DNA of 63,899 nucleotides, filler included, from Octopus bimaculoides (lineage: Eukaryota), in assembly GCF_001194135.2 (NCBI RefSeq). It is 10 parts of 8 records of this genome, joined end to end, with 100 filler letters (N's around TTAATTAATTAA, not from the genome) between each part and the next. Parts side by side here need not be neighbours in the genome. Positions count along the whole stretch, not along the records: positions 1 to 16,402 come from NC_069005.1; positions 16,503 to 29,714 come from NC_068983.1; 8 more parts are not named here. One strand, written 5' to 3'. This document shows, in pieces, positions 8,867 through 21,859 of the stretch. Position 1 is the first letter of the stretch. Each line of letters opens with the position of its first letter. Both the position numbers and the translations under genes were made by a program. The notes beneath the pieces were generated by a model. That model saw only the letters and a program-made list of their open reading frames with translations. It was not told the DNA's origin and did no database searches.

Positions 8867-11404
8867 TTACAACGTCGTGTGCCGGAATCGCGCGCGCGCA
8901 CGTGTGTGTTCGAGAGAATTAGTTATATACGAGTATGTATGAGTCACCTGTACGTNNNNNNNNNNNNNNNNNNNNNNNNNNNNNNNNNNNNNNNNNNNNN
9001 NNNNNNNNNNNNNNNNNNNNNNNNNNNNNNNNNNNNNNNNNNNNNNNNNNNNNNNNNNNNNNNNNNNNNNNNNNNNNNNNNNNNNNNNNNNNNNNNNNNN
9101 NNNNNNNNNNNNNNNNNNNNNNNNNNNNNNNNNNNNNNNNNNNNNNNNNNNNNNNNNNNNNNNNNNNNNNNNNNNNNNNNNNNNNNNNNNNNNNNNNNNN
9201 NNNNNNNNNNNNNNNNNNNNNNNNNNNNNNNNNNNNNNNNNNNNNNNNNNNNNNNNNNNNNNNNNNNNNNNNNNNNNNNNNNNNNNNNNNNNNNNNNNNN
9301 NNNGAAAGAAAAAAAAGGAAGCGATAGAAAGAATATCACCTGTAAACGTCTATGTAAGGAACGGTAATGGAAATGAAGACGGGTTGTGCGCGGAGACGGC
9401 TTTGCGGTTTCAAGTTCAAGGAGCGAGTGATGATGGCTTATAGCGTCTTGTCCCCGACATTCCCAACCTCAGCCTCTTTGACTTTAGCGTACCCTAAGCG
9501 CTTAGTATTTATTTTTGATGATAAAGTTGCAAGTGCATGCGTGTGCACGTGTGAGTAAGAGAAAGTCACCTGTATGTATAATTACGTGCATACAAACAGG
9601 TGCATGCATGCATGTATATTTGTATGTATGTATATATGTATAATGTGTGTATGAATGCATGTATGTATATGTGTGTGTGTGTGTGTGTGTGTTCCTGATG
9701 CTGTCGTTTGCACATAAGTCATCCCTGATCGAGCTACTCACAATCAAAGGCATTCCAACCATGACCATCCCATCTTTTTGTATATCTAGGACATTACCCA
9801 ACGTGTTCTCCTCCTTTTAAGACGCTAGGATGTGATCTCAAGGAGATTTGGCTACTATTTCTAGCAATTTGAACGGACAGGTAGACTCCTGCGTTGGCCC
9901 AGGGTGGGGGTGTTTAGGAAGGGATGCTTGTGCTTGTCCTTGTGGTGAGAGATGAAGGGTAATTTGTATATTTTTTCTGAGTAAGAAACATTCGCATCTC
10001 TGTACAAAAAGAGAAGTAATTAATTGTATGTTTCCCTGTGTAAAAAAAAAAGAAGAAATTATGCATCTGTAGATCTTATTAAATTACTTCCAACCTCGTG
10101 AAATCTTCACCAGAATATTTTATTTTAAATCTAGTTTATATGTAGTTATTTTTGCATGGTGATGACAGAAATTGTAACAGCATTCAAAAAAACATTATTA
10201 CTGCATTTAAAAAAAAATTAATCTGGTGAAAATTATTGGTTTGGCAGAAATCTAACTAGATCTGTACAACAGGATTACATGTGTTTATCCCTGTATGTAA
10301 GAACGGTTGCGAGAGAGGGTCACTAACGCGTGTCTGTGTGACAGTGAAAGATAGCGTGGGTGTATCCCTGGGGTGTAGGAGACGGTCCCCGGCGTGTGCC
10401 TGAAAGAGATAGAAAGGGGAAAGCGAAATAAAGAGTCCGGTGATGGTTTGTGTACGTCTCTTTTAGCATAAGAGAATCGTTTAAGTATAAGAGTCATTTG
10501 CGTATAAGCGTGTAGAACAGAGAATAAGAGTAGAAGTGGATTGTGTGTTAAAGTAAGGGTCACTCGAATAATGTCTGTGTGTGGAAAGAATATCGCTTTC
10601 CTGAATGTATGCGTACGATTGTAAGAGAAACAGACGATTGGAGAAAAGTGGCTTACCACATGGATGTGGAGTGTGTGTGTGTGTGTGTGAAAGAGAGACA
10701 GAGAAAGAGAGAGAGAGGAAAGCATGTACGTTTCTATGTTTAAGTCACTCGTGTACGTCTGAGACAGAGAAGAACGTGTATTTCTATGTATGGTTATGTG
10801 TCACTTGTCTAGGTTTGTATGTGATTGTCTCTCAGATGTATGTATAAGAGTCTATCATCTGCGTGTGTTTGTGTGTGGTGCATGTGTATCCGTAAGAGAG
10901 TGTCACTTGTATGAGTTTCTCTGTGTGTGTGTGTGTACTTGCGTATGTCTTGAGTATTAATTGTCTAGTTTGTATGTGTAAGTGGTCGCTGGCTTCAATG
11001 TGCACCGGGCACCAATCCAGCTGACCAACACCACCCACAACTCGAAAGGTGGGTGACCACAAACACTCTTGTACTTTGTAAATTACACAACACGAGAAAT
11101 ATTATCACATGCCGCACACACCATACTTAAATAAAACAGCTCAACATACACGCAGCACACGGACACTCATATAATATACATACATGAACACAATATCATT
11201 TATATATATTTATCAAATACACACACATACAAATATAATATATATGTATATATGTAATATATTCTAATANNNNNNNNNNNNNNNNNNNNNNNNNNNNNNN
11301 NNNNNNNNNNNNNNNNNNNNNNNNNNNNNNNNNNNNNNNNNNNNNNNNNNNNNNNNNNNNNNNNNNNNNNNNNNNNNNNNNNNNNNNNNNNNNNNTATAT
11401 ATAA

Positions 11405-11474
<70 letters not shown>

Positions 11475-11477
11475 ATG

Positions 11478-11513
<36 letters not shown>

Positions 11514-11712
11514 CATATAGACATAAACATACACACACGTATACGCAGACACTCGTATGTAATACATACACAAACACTCTATTTATATATGTATATATAC
11601 ACATACGCATGCACTATTTACATGTTGCACACACATATAAATATATATACACATACATATAAATAATGTTCTCGCACCCCTACAGGAAAAGAGTATACAC
11701 ACACATTGCAAC

Positions 11713-11730
11713 CATAGGTGGCAGCGCCCC
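11713..11730 (+). promoter_or_regulatory. CTCF-core-like motif (TAGGTGGCAG) just upstream of the 11756 ATG
   Basis: Matches the YAGRKGGCRS core; 5' CCAS part matches poorly. Sits in a short GC/CpG-rich stretch. Confidence 0.35.
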
Positions 11731-11755
11731 CTCGCGAGTGGTCGGTGCAGCAAAG

Positions 11756-11936
11756 ATGGCTGACGATGAGGAAGAGAGGGTGGAGGAAGACGCGAATAAT
11801 GACGCTTCAGATGAATATTCGGACAGTGGCGAACAAATAACCGTACCAACATGTGTGGAACAGACGTCTTTACAACGTATGCTGACCAGTATAGCAGCAG
11901 AACGAACGAGGGAGTACCCCGCCTTAAACATATCCA
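11756..11936 (+). CDS. Probable first coding exon of an unrecognised gene (acidic N-terminus, 60 codons + 1 nt)
   Basis: aaagATGG start context, non-repetitive MADDEEERVEEDANNDASDEYSDSGEQITVPTCVEQTSLQRMLTSIAAERTREYPALNIS, consensus donor A|GTAAGT at 11937. Confidence 0.7.
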
Positions 11937-12797
11937 GTAAGTAGAAGCAGGTGCTTGCTTAATTGAAACATCACATTTTCGACCCTGTTGCTTTCTCTTA
12001 CCCTATACACACTCGTCTTTGTTTCTCTCATCGTTGTGGGGCAGTGCATTTAATACCAGTTATATACTGGAGTACACGTGATGTCCGATTTTTGTCTTTC
12101 CTTTTTCTTACCCCCTTTTCTTCACGAAATTAGTCTCAGTACTTGGTTGAATGAAAGCAAACCTACCCACATTAACACGTATGCTTTTAACAGTGATTTA
12201 TTTTCGTCTCATTCGAATTTGATTAGGGTCGGCTTTTGGATTACACTCCATTTGGGGTTGGACAATGAGTAAAACGAATCCTCTGTCCTTGAAATACGCC
12301 AAGTTTTCATTAATTCCATACGAAACGTCTCCCTTTTTTACGAATAAGGGAAGGTGTGTCTGTGCTTAGTCAAAACAAATCAAGTATGTTGTGTTGTGCT
12401 TTTCTGGATTCTCAGTTGACGATGCTTAACTTTCGGTTGTCTTTGACTGACTTCCATCCGTCTGGACTTGATAGTTCCCAGAACCAGTTGGAAGTTAACG
12501 TAAAGAACTTTTGTTTTAAATTAAATTAAATCGTTAAACGTAAATAATAGTGCGTGTCTGTCCGAGCGTTTATTTTAATGTAATTAAAAACTTGACAGAT
12601 TCCTGGTTCATAAATCCATGTCAAAGATCAAATTAAACAATACTTAATGTTTAAAATTAAATTCATAATATATTTTCGAGGCATTAGTTGTATACAGTAA
12701 CAATATTTTAGAGCCGTATTTCCAAATTCTATTCACCAATTCCATGACTTTTTTTTATCTGTAAATTAACATTTTTATGTAAGCATATCTACACATT

Positions 12798-13314
12798 TGT
12801 GCCCCGCTGACTTTGCTTCCGCATAACTTCCAGAAGACTGGATATTTTTTAGTGAAATTTTCTACAAGTATGCTTCAGGTGGGGTAGATTCCGATTATAT
12901 TGGAATTTGTTGTGAATTTATTTTCTCCGTGGATGGGGAGCGGAGTTTCAATAGATTCACACGAGTTGGCCTTGTTTCCTCATAACTTTAAAGAAAATGG
13001 ATATTTTTTCATGAAATTTTCTACAAACACCTTTTAGATTGTATAGATTATAATTATATCGGAATTTAATATGAAAAAAAAAGCTGGTGGTCTTGTACAC
13101 ATGCATACTGTCACATCGCATAGTTATACAAAATGACACTTGAAATTTCGAAAGAAATTGTGATGTGTACATTCTCACCATTTTTTTTCTTCTTTTTCCA
13201 CAACAAATTCCGATATAATTGTAATCTATACCATCTGGAAAATATTTATAGAAAATTTCATTAAAAAATATCCATCTTTCTGGGAGTTATGAAGAACAAA
13301 GTCGAGGGGGCACA
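12798..13314. mobile_element. MITE-like element with ~115-bp imperfect inverted arms and an internal direct copy
   Basis: Arm tgtgcccc...cataact...ggatatttttt..tgaaattttcta at 12798-12913, inverted at ~13200-13314, direct copy at ~12965-13070. Confidence 0.65.
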
Positions 13315-14235
13315 TTTATATAGTTATACCTTTATATGTGTCTTTTTAACACTAATTATTACAGTTAATAAATAAATAACGGATCAGCATTTTTCTAATT
13401 GTGTTTTGAAGCACGGAAATATTCAGTAATAGTAAAATAAAAATATGAGGACTTTTCGTTTCATTGTGGCCTCCACCCTCAAAAATCCGCCTTGTGATTA
13501 GCGAAAAGAAAATATTACTGTTATTTAATAATGCTTAAAGATAGGGATTAGTAGTTCCCATCTCTGCTCGTCATCCTAGCTGGTAAAATACACGAACCAT
13601 TATTTTCCATTTCACTTCCGTACCTGAAGATTTTAGTAAAGTAAGAACATGGAAGTTCATTTTTCCCTATTTGTCACCTGTAATAGATGTGAAAAACCAT
13701 GTTATGACTGAGAAACCGTTTGTTATTAACTAACAATGATTAAATTATTAAACACTAATTATGTTGCTTGACCCGAGGTCATCTCTAATCGTGCATGCTC
13801 ATATGATCAAAAGTGCGTATACCATGACTAAAACCATGGTTTTGTGTGTGTGTGTATATATATATATATATTATGCAATGTATCCGTTTTCCTAAGACGG
13901 TATGGTGTAATTTGAAGGAATTTGGCTGCTATTTCTAGCTGCTCGTGTAATCGCATTATTACACGAAGTTGTTTATTAGTGTAATAATGTTTGTCACGGG
14001 AGATGTCTATTTTCTCTTCTATTTGGGTTTTTTTTCTTTATCTCTGCTCCTTGTTTTTCTAACTCTCGTCTACAGACACACACACGTGTTTGTGTATATA
14101 TAGTATACGTATGTATATATTGCCAATAAATCCCGTATTGAAGCGTATTGGAGTTTTTTTTCTGTAGAATAGAGTTGGAAGTATAACCTAGTTACGCCCC
14201 AAAACCGCTATTTCTTCGGATGTGTATGTTTTAAG

Positions 14236-14376
14236 CATCGTTCATTATAATCCCGCAAAAAAGGGGGAGAGGGAGGGTGCTTAAAGCACGAATATCTGAA
14301 GAAATTACGGTTTCTGATGAAGTCGATAATTTCCGACTCTGTGCTACAGGAATGCTTGATGCATTTAAATATCCTG
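14236..14376 (+). CDS. Candidate second exon of the 11756 gene (141 nt, phase 1-1)
   Basis: ttttaag| acceptor, CTG|GTAAAT donor, open in the frame set by exon 1: (T)SFIIIPQKRGRGRVLKARISEEITVSDEVDNFRLCATGMLDAFKYP(G). Alternative acceptor at 14350 gives an in-frame 27-nt exon. No homology recognised. Confidence 0.35.
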
Positions 14377-15721
14377 GTAAATTTGAAGGGTAACATTATA
14401 CTCGAGCGTAAAAATAAAAGAATAAAGTATATTACTAAATTTCAGATAGACAAAGCGGGTGGACACATTATATAGTCTAGATCGCCTTATACTCGAATAT
14501 GTTGTGTGCATACATTGTGTATGGTGTGCGCATGTGTATATGTATGGTGTGTGTACGTGCTTGTGCGTATATATCTACACACTTGTATGTATGTTTATTG
14601 TGTCGATGTCAGTGGCCCCTCGACCTCTTAGAAATAGCATCCGACCCCCTCCCCCCAATCAATTAACATTGGATAATGTAATCCTAGGTACAGCGTTTAA
14701 TAAAAGTCGGAATGGTCATAGTTGGCGCGTTTTTTTATTATAGTGCTGCGCGATCTGGGTTGACTTGAGACTAAATAAGCAGCAGCAATAGTTAACCTCT
14801 GCATACGATGTTCAATAAACTCGGAGTGGTCACGCTTGGTATGTCTGATTATAAAGTTCTGCGCGATCTGGGCTGACTTGAGCGTAAACAGCAGCAACAA
14901 GTTACCTCTAGCAGTCTCACGACCCGTTCGAAATTTCAGCCAAATTTTCCTGAGTTGTAACTCTACCGTCTGAACCAAACAGACAAAATAAAAATAAAAA
15001 AAGACACGTTTGACAAGCCAAAAAGACGAGATGGTCGTGGCTGGAATATGTTTAATCGTAAATCTGTGCCTAAACTACCATTCTTTGCCCAATTTCATCC
15101 TATTACTAGTATCTGAAACATTATGGATTTGATGTAGAAATTATGATACCCGTACAGACGGACACATATATATATACACACATATATAATAGAATAACGG
15201 TATGAACAGGCAAACACTTGGTATGAGGCCAGATTATGACATATATTTAAACACTGACACAGCATGATGAGGGTGGAATTCAATGTTTCAGGATTTTAAA
15301 TCACAAAGAGGTCGATAAAAGATCAGTTGAGGAATGCTCATAATGGTCGTTGTGTGTATACACACACACACACATACAGAGGAATATAAATTCGCGCGCG
15401 TACACACGCGTAAGAACATCTACGCACATAGACACACAATTTTAAAATGTATGAATGATAAATGGTAGTTCCCTAAAAGTACAGTGTAGGTGGTCTGGCC
15501 ATTGCATGGTTTGTTAAATGGGATGTTATATAATAGTGTGTGTTTGCATATATGTATGTATAATACATTTTATTTCGGTCGAGTCAATCTTTTGCTTTCA
15601 GTTTTGCTTGTGGGTACATAGGGTCTTCACACAATTCATAACATGTCCCATTTATTAAACTCTACTACGGTATCGAGCACTCTTTCTTTTTTTTTTTCCA
15701 ACAGTGAACGTGTGTGTGTGT

Positions 15722-15757
<36 letters not shown>

Positions 15758-16362
15758 AGATATATAACAAAGCTATGTTGAGTGATGGTCAACAAACTGT
15801 AAAATAGTTGGCCAGCAAAGCTCTCTCTCTCCCTACCACCGCTTTTCTCTGCACAACGCCAAGCATAGAAAGAATGTGTTTACATTGTTACTTAACCCAC
15901 AGCAAGGCTTCGCAATATTTTTTTAATCTAATTTCCTCTGATTTGCGCTATGTTGTGAATAGTAATTATAGGTAGGTAGATAGATAGCTAACGGCATGAG
16001 ATGACCGATATTAAAAAGTACTTTGGAAGACATGAGTGAAATGCGGAGAGGGGGAAGGCGTCTTTTTTAAATTTATTTTACATGTATATTTATATAAGTA
16101 TAATTAGCTCATTGTATACTGACAGTGCTCAAGCGCACTATATAGACATGCATAAACATACATGCAACATAATTTATATATGTGTGTGTGTCTACATTGG
16201 TGCACATGCACGCGCATAAACGTGTTCACTGTGTTGTAATCTGGTCCCCGTTTTCCTGCCTCGTTTTATCATTATCCTAACAACGACCCTGAAGAAAGAA
16301 AATCTCATTTTTAATTTATGCTGCAAAAACCATCCCTGACGACTGCCACATATCGTGCTATC

Positions 16363-16402
<40 letters not shown>

Positions 16403-16991
16403 NNNNNNNNNNNNNNNNNNNNNNNNNNNNNNNNNNNNNNNNNNNNTTAATTAATTAANNNNNNNNNNNNNNNNNNNNNNNNNNNNNNNNNNNNNNNNNN
16501 NNGAAGCCAGCAAGTGTATGGGGTCATCAGGAGAGAATGCGCGCCGTTTCGGGGCCTACCTCTCGACGGCATCAATGCGCACCGCCCCCCCCCCTCACTG
16601 ATATGAGGCCCCGCTTGCTAGATCAACTGATTATTAAACAAAGTTCAATAGTTCTCTAGCCATCGCTCATCGTCTCTTTTTAACCAAATCCAGTGGCTAG
16701 CCTTCTCCACTGTAGTTCGGATATCGGTAATGGTGGTATTTACCTTCCGATGAGTTAGGCCTAACGATAACAGCAGTCGTTTCACACTGTTTCCTACAAA
16801 TCCTCTACATCCGACTTCGATTGGAACATTAGTATAACACTTACAAAATGTGCTGTCTCCGCTTTTCTTTCAAACATTCAATTCTGGAGAGAATTTTTTG
16901 ATGAAATGTAGTTCCATGAATAAATAAATAAATAAACGAATGGTGAATAGGAAGGGGATACCCCTTCTTTCTCTCTTCCTCTACCTATCTG

Positions 16992-17034
<43 letters not shown>

Positions 17035-17035
17035 G

Positions 17036-17073
<38 letters not shown>

Positions 17074-18021
17074 AGCTTATCTACCTACCTATATTTCTAT
17101 CTATCTATCTCCATTGTCATGTAGNNNNNNNNNNNNNNNNNNNNNNNNNNNNNNNNNNNNNNNNNNNNNNNNNNNNNNNNNNNNNNNNNNNNNNNNNNNN
17201 NNNNNNNNNNNNNNNNNNNNNNNNNNNNNNNNNNNNNNATATATATATAAAAGATAATAAGAGTGAAAAAACTACAGAAGGCTTGTGTTACATGGTTAAA
17301 GTATATATTTAAATTATGTCAGAAAAATGTTATAAAATCTTTTTGGCATATAAACATTGTGAAAATAATGTTAATAAAATAAAGAATTTATCTTATATAA
17401 TATACTGTGCATCTTTATTTGTCTCTGTTGCTACATCTGTACAAAAGAGTATAAGTCTCTAGCAGGACTGAAAAGCCACATCTGTGCTCCTCATGTTTAA
17501 GAGTACAATCAAGAGATGTCATTGCACGAAATCATTATATATAATGTGTGTGTGTGTGTGTATTTTTCTGCTTTTAATTTTGGATTGCTATGTGGTTTGG
17601 TAGCCGAGTTTGCTAGAAGAGCTCCCTGTGATAGCCACAAGATTTTATGAACTCATGTATTACACTACAACAATATATGTGTGTGTGAAAGAATATGTGT
17701 GTGTATGTATGTATGTATGTATGTATGTATGCATGTATGTGTGATTTATGTATTTGTTTTGCAAGGTTCTTGATGTGAGATCATGTGTTGAAACAGATAT
17801 TGTTATATTTAGGAATGGTTATATTTTCCCAATTAACCACTCGCACTTTAAAACTGAAGTGAAAACCAACTATATAGTGTGTGTGTTTAATTGGCAAAAT
17901 ATGACCATCCCCAAGTATTACAATATATAAACAATAGATGCCATAGTGTAAGGCCTCAACCAACCAACCAATCATCTGTCTATGCCACACAGATACATTT
18001 TATTTTGTTATTGCACAGGTA

Positions 18022-18231
18022 ATGAATGTTTTTGCACTGCTTGCGGTACTAGCGGTGATAGGATCAGTCCCACCAGCTGGTACACAAATTATTGATGAAG
18101 CCACTAACCAATGGATTCAGACATTATTAATACAGCCAAACAGATTAAAAATGAGGCGGGAAATTCGAGAAATGCCGAGAAAGAACCTCCATGATTTCTT
18201 CAGAGCCCTCAATATTATGAAGAACGATCGG
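18022..18231 (+). CDS. Tyrosinase-like protein, coding exon 1 (signal peptide)
   Basis: Acceptor ttgcacag| at 18018, hydrophobic MNVFALLAVLAVIGS..., RREIREM motif, donor CGG|GTAAGT (phase 0). Confidence 0.85.
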
Positions 18232-18266
18232 GTAAGTGTTATTATTTGTATATGCTCACTTATATT

Positions 18267-18308
<42 letters not shown>

Positions 18309-18372
18309 TTATACTTATATGTTTTGAGTACATGTGCATACATATACGGTCTTATATATTATACTATTATGC

Positions 18373-18735
18373 AAGGCGACGAGCTGGCAGAATGGTTTGC
18401 ACGCCGGCAAACTGTTTAGTAGTATTTCGTCCGTCTTTACGTTCCGAGTTCAAATACTACCGAGGTCGTCTTTTATAAAAATAAATACCACATGAGCACT
18501 GGGGCCGACACAACTGATCAACTCCCCACCCACGAAATTGCTGGCCGTGTGCCAAAATTTGAAACTAATATATTATACTCTTACACACACACAGTTGGTA
18601 GGTTGGTTAGAGCGTCGGACAGACCACTTCGCAGTAATTGTTCCGGCAAAATTCGAATGCTGCCGAAGTCAACTTTACCGCTTATCCTTTTGAGGTCGAT
18701 GAATATAATACCAGCGTTATAGTGGGATCAATTCT
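18373..18735 (+). mobile_element. Two degenerate copies of tRNA-derived SINE family B
   Basis: AAGGCGACGAGCTGGCAGAA...GAGTTCAAAT head; related minus-strand copies at ~28586-28690, 38168-38365, 38672-38845, 42105-42177. Confidence 0.7.
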
Positions 18736-20499
18736 TCTCTCTCTCTCTCTTCCTCTCTAGCTTTTCTTTTTCCTGGTCCCACTAATATATACAATAATTT
18801 GCTTGTTCGTTTTCCCGTTATACTTTAGTTAATTAGAGAGGTGAAGTGGAGTGAGTAATAGGTGGAGCAAAATTGAAAGAGAGAAGAAAGAAGTGAGAAA
18901 GAAGTAGAGAAAGATGTATAATGAGGCCAAATGCGTCACGTGGTTAGTTGAAGGGAGAGGTGAAGAGCGAGAGAAAAAGTGTGAGAGAAAACAGGGAGAG
19001 CGAAGTGTTAACGACGTACTGTATCGTGAGGAGGGAAAGGTAAAAAGAAAGAGATATGTTTAGGATACAATATTTAGCAGAAGTTGATGTTCTGGTAGTG
19101 AAGTTAAAGAAAAGCAGATGGAGAGAAATGGGCAGGGGAGGAAGTTACATTAAGAGAGAGAGAGGGCGAGAGGGGNNNNNNNNNNNNNNNNNNNNNNNNN
19201 NNNNNNNNNNNNNNNNNNNNNNNNNNNNNNNNNNNNNNNNNNNNNNNNNNNNNNNNNNNNNNNNNNNNNNNNNNNNNNNNNNNNNNNNNNNNNNNNNNNN
19301 NNNNNNNNNNNNNNNNNNNNNNNNNNNNNNNNNNNNNNNNNNNNNNNNNNNNNNNNNNNNNNNNNNNNNNGAAATTATTTTACCTCAAATTATTTTATCT
19401 ACTTCATATAACTAATTTTTTAAGCAACCAAGGGAAATAACCCATAGCACTGCACAATATATTTTAACACGCAAGGGAAATAACCCATTTCATTGTTTAT
19501 GTTCGATTATTTTGAATATTCATTTTTTTGTGTGTCCTATTTTTTTAATTTTCGCAGACAGTATCACTTTTATACTTTATTTGACACGTGAGTAGAACTC
19601 ATATCTGGAAACCTCATGACATACTTAGATTGTTGAAAAAAATCGATAATAGAGCCCTTCCAATGGATCCTTCTATCTACTTCATATTACTAATATTTTC
19701 TTTAAACAACCCAAGGGAAATAACCCATACCACCTGCAGATTTTAGCGAAGCGATCAATATTTGATTCTCACGGTCAGCCGACCCAATTCTGCATTTCAC
19801 TACTCACAGTTTTGAACTGCTAAACATTATTACTGCACTTCCTTAAAGACTTCATTCATACATTTCTATACATACATACTTTTTTGAATGCCCATCACTC
19901 CGATAATTCTGCATTTTCACAGTTACACTTTTTCCATGGCAGTAGATAATTTTTATATTCCACAACGTATTTGTAGTGGCTTCATGCAGGCATAGCGTGG
20001 ATTCGATCATTGAATGCTAAATTTCACTTAACACTTCAACGGTGCTTTTCTCACGGTAAAACGATAGTTTTTCTGTGAATGACAGCAGTTATACATTTCC
20101 CAGATGCCTTCGCTAAACAAAATAATGTCTTCGCCTCTCACCAACCTCCGACAACCTCTCTCGCCAGCCTCCAACAATCTCTCCCTCCTCCAGCTGACAG
20201 TTTTTTTGTTTTGTTCTTTTTTTTTTGTACTTTTTGGTGACGGAAAATACACCTTTTGTGGCAGTTATAACGAAATTGCTTTCTTCTATCAGAGTGATAA
20301 TGCGTTTCAATAGAACATCTTTAACCCCGAGAATTACTGGGTACACCAGCTAGTCTACTACATATGTGGAAAATCGGTGTGTTTGTTTGTGGCATTGTTA
20401 GCTAACTCCTCCTACATCGTTTATTGATTTTAATGAAACTTGACACGTGAGTAGAATTCATGGCTGGAAACCTCATGACATACTTAGATTGTTGAAAAA

Positions 20500-20690
20500 T
20501 TCGATAATATGGCCCCTGGAAAGGATCTCTATAAATTCGCTTGAGAAAGTGAAGGCTTTATCTAGCAATTTCCTAGAAATAGATGCATAGAAATCTGCGA
20601 TATCAAATGATGGGTCTTTATTCACTATGTCTGATGTAGTAGATATAACCAAGCTTGCAATGTTTTGATGATAGGTTATCTCAATTAATG
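20500..20690 (-). mobile_element. Penelope-like reverse transcriptase fragment
   Basis: Minus-strand peptide SFDIADFYASISRKLLDKAFTF resembles the FDI.DFYPSI..LL.KAL.F motif of Penelope-type RTs. Confidence 0.55.
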
Positions 20691-21085
20691 TTGACTTGGG
20701 GTTAAATAACAACAACGACGACGGGGAGAGAAAGAGGAAGTGAACAGTGTTTCATCGATATCAGATAGTACCACACAATACAACATGGCACCACACGGTA
20801 CCACATCTTTAAGACGGTAGCATATAATTTGAATCAGACTTGGCTACCGTTTTGATAGACGGCCATATGAACAAATGAAGGCTATTTCTGACTGTGTGCG
20901 TCGCACTTTGTCAATTGCAGTTGACTCGGTCAACACAACAACCACAAACAGCATCACACATCACTACACCACATCAAACTATACCACACCATGTTGGATG
21001 TAAACTTTCTTGTTCTATTTTTAGTTGTTGTCTGAAAAGAAATACAATTGTAGTTTTGATGTCGTTCTATTTCTATATCCTACAG

Positions 21086-21195
21086 TCCCTCAGGCCCAAT
21101 AAATACGATGCTCTCTGTAATTTCCATGCAATTCTAAAGAATATCGCCCATGAAGGACCAGGTTTTCTCGGATGGCACCGAATATACTTAATTCT
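21086..21195 (+). CDS. Tyrosinase-like protein, coding exon 2 (CuA site)
   Basis: cctacag| acceptor, SLRPNKYDALCNFHAILKNIAHEGPGFLGWHRIYLI(L) with three CuA His, donor CT|GTAAGT (phase 2); phase matches exon 1. Confidence 0.93.
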
Positions 21196-21815
21196 GTAAG
21201 TAACACATTTATTTTGAATCTTCTTTGATGTGAAGCTGATTGAATTTCTTGAAACAACGTCACATACAGACAAGTCCTAGTGGTAGCAATGTAATCTTAA
21301 CACAGATCTATTATGGCCTATTTTCCATACACTATTCTTGCTAATTACAACACTAAAATATATCGACTCTCAACACCTGATGATAGATACGAGAACTGAG
21401 CCAGCTAAAGTGGAGTATCTTGGTAGTGCTATGATGCAGGCTCCTATATTGATTCAGCTGACTCCGCCTCTTGGAAGCAGCAATAAAATATTAGTTCTTG
21501 TCCCACGAAGTACAAACGCTTTGTATATTGATGGAATCGTGTGATGTTTATGCCTGTTACAAGGTAAACTAAAAAGCTATTAATGCGAATGAAACAGGCT
21601 ATAGCAATGTGAGCCAGCTCGGGCCATCATCTGGTGATGATGTCTTCGATTATCGTAGATATTTTCAGGTATGGAATATAGTTAAATGAAACAACCTTAC
21701 TATATAACTTCTATTATATTTAATTCACTACCGCATGTACGAATGACAAAATCATTCTGGGCAGAATTTGAACACGAAACAGACGAACGAATTTAAATAC
21801 TGTTAGGAATTTACT

Positions 21816-21859
<44 letters not shown>

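Noticed and set aside
16447-16458. TTAATTAATTAA flanked by Ns (also near 29759, 32902, 41971, 44254, 45753, 49753, 60842, 62484)
   Set aside because: Identical 12-mer always inside N runs, with stops in all six frames: an assembly spacer, not biology.
16503-16940. Possible CR1/L2-like LINE 3' end with (AAAT)n tail
   Set aside because: Only a faint frameshifted similarity (SKCMG.IRR); family cannot be supported.
21338-21670. Open frame and FQ|GT donor in tyrosinase intron 2 as SET exon 1 or orphan exon 3
   Set aside because: Weak acceptors, upstream in-frame stop for the FQ frame, no SETMAR-like N-terminal motif; VEYLGS looks more like a LINE RT remnant.
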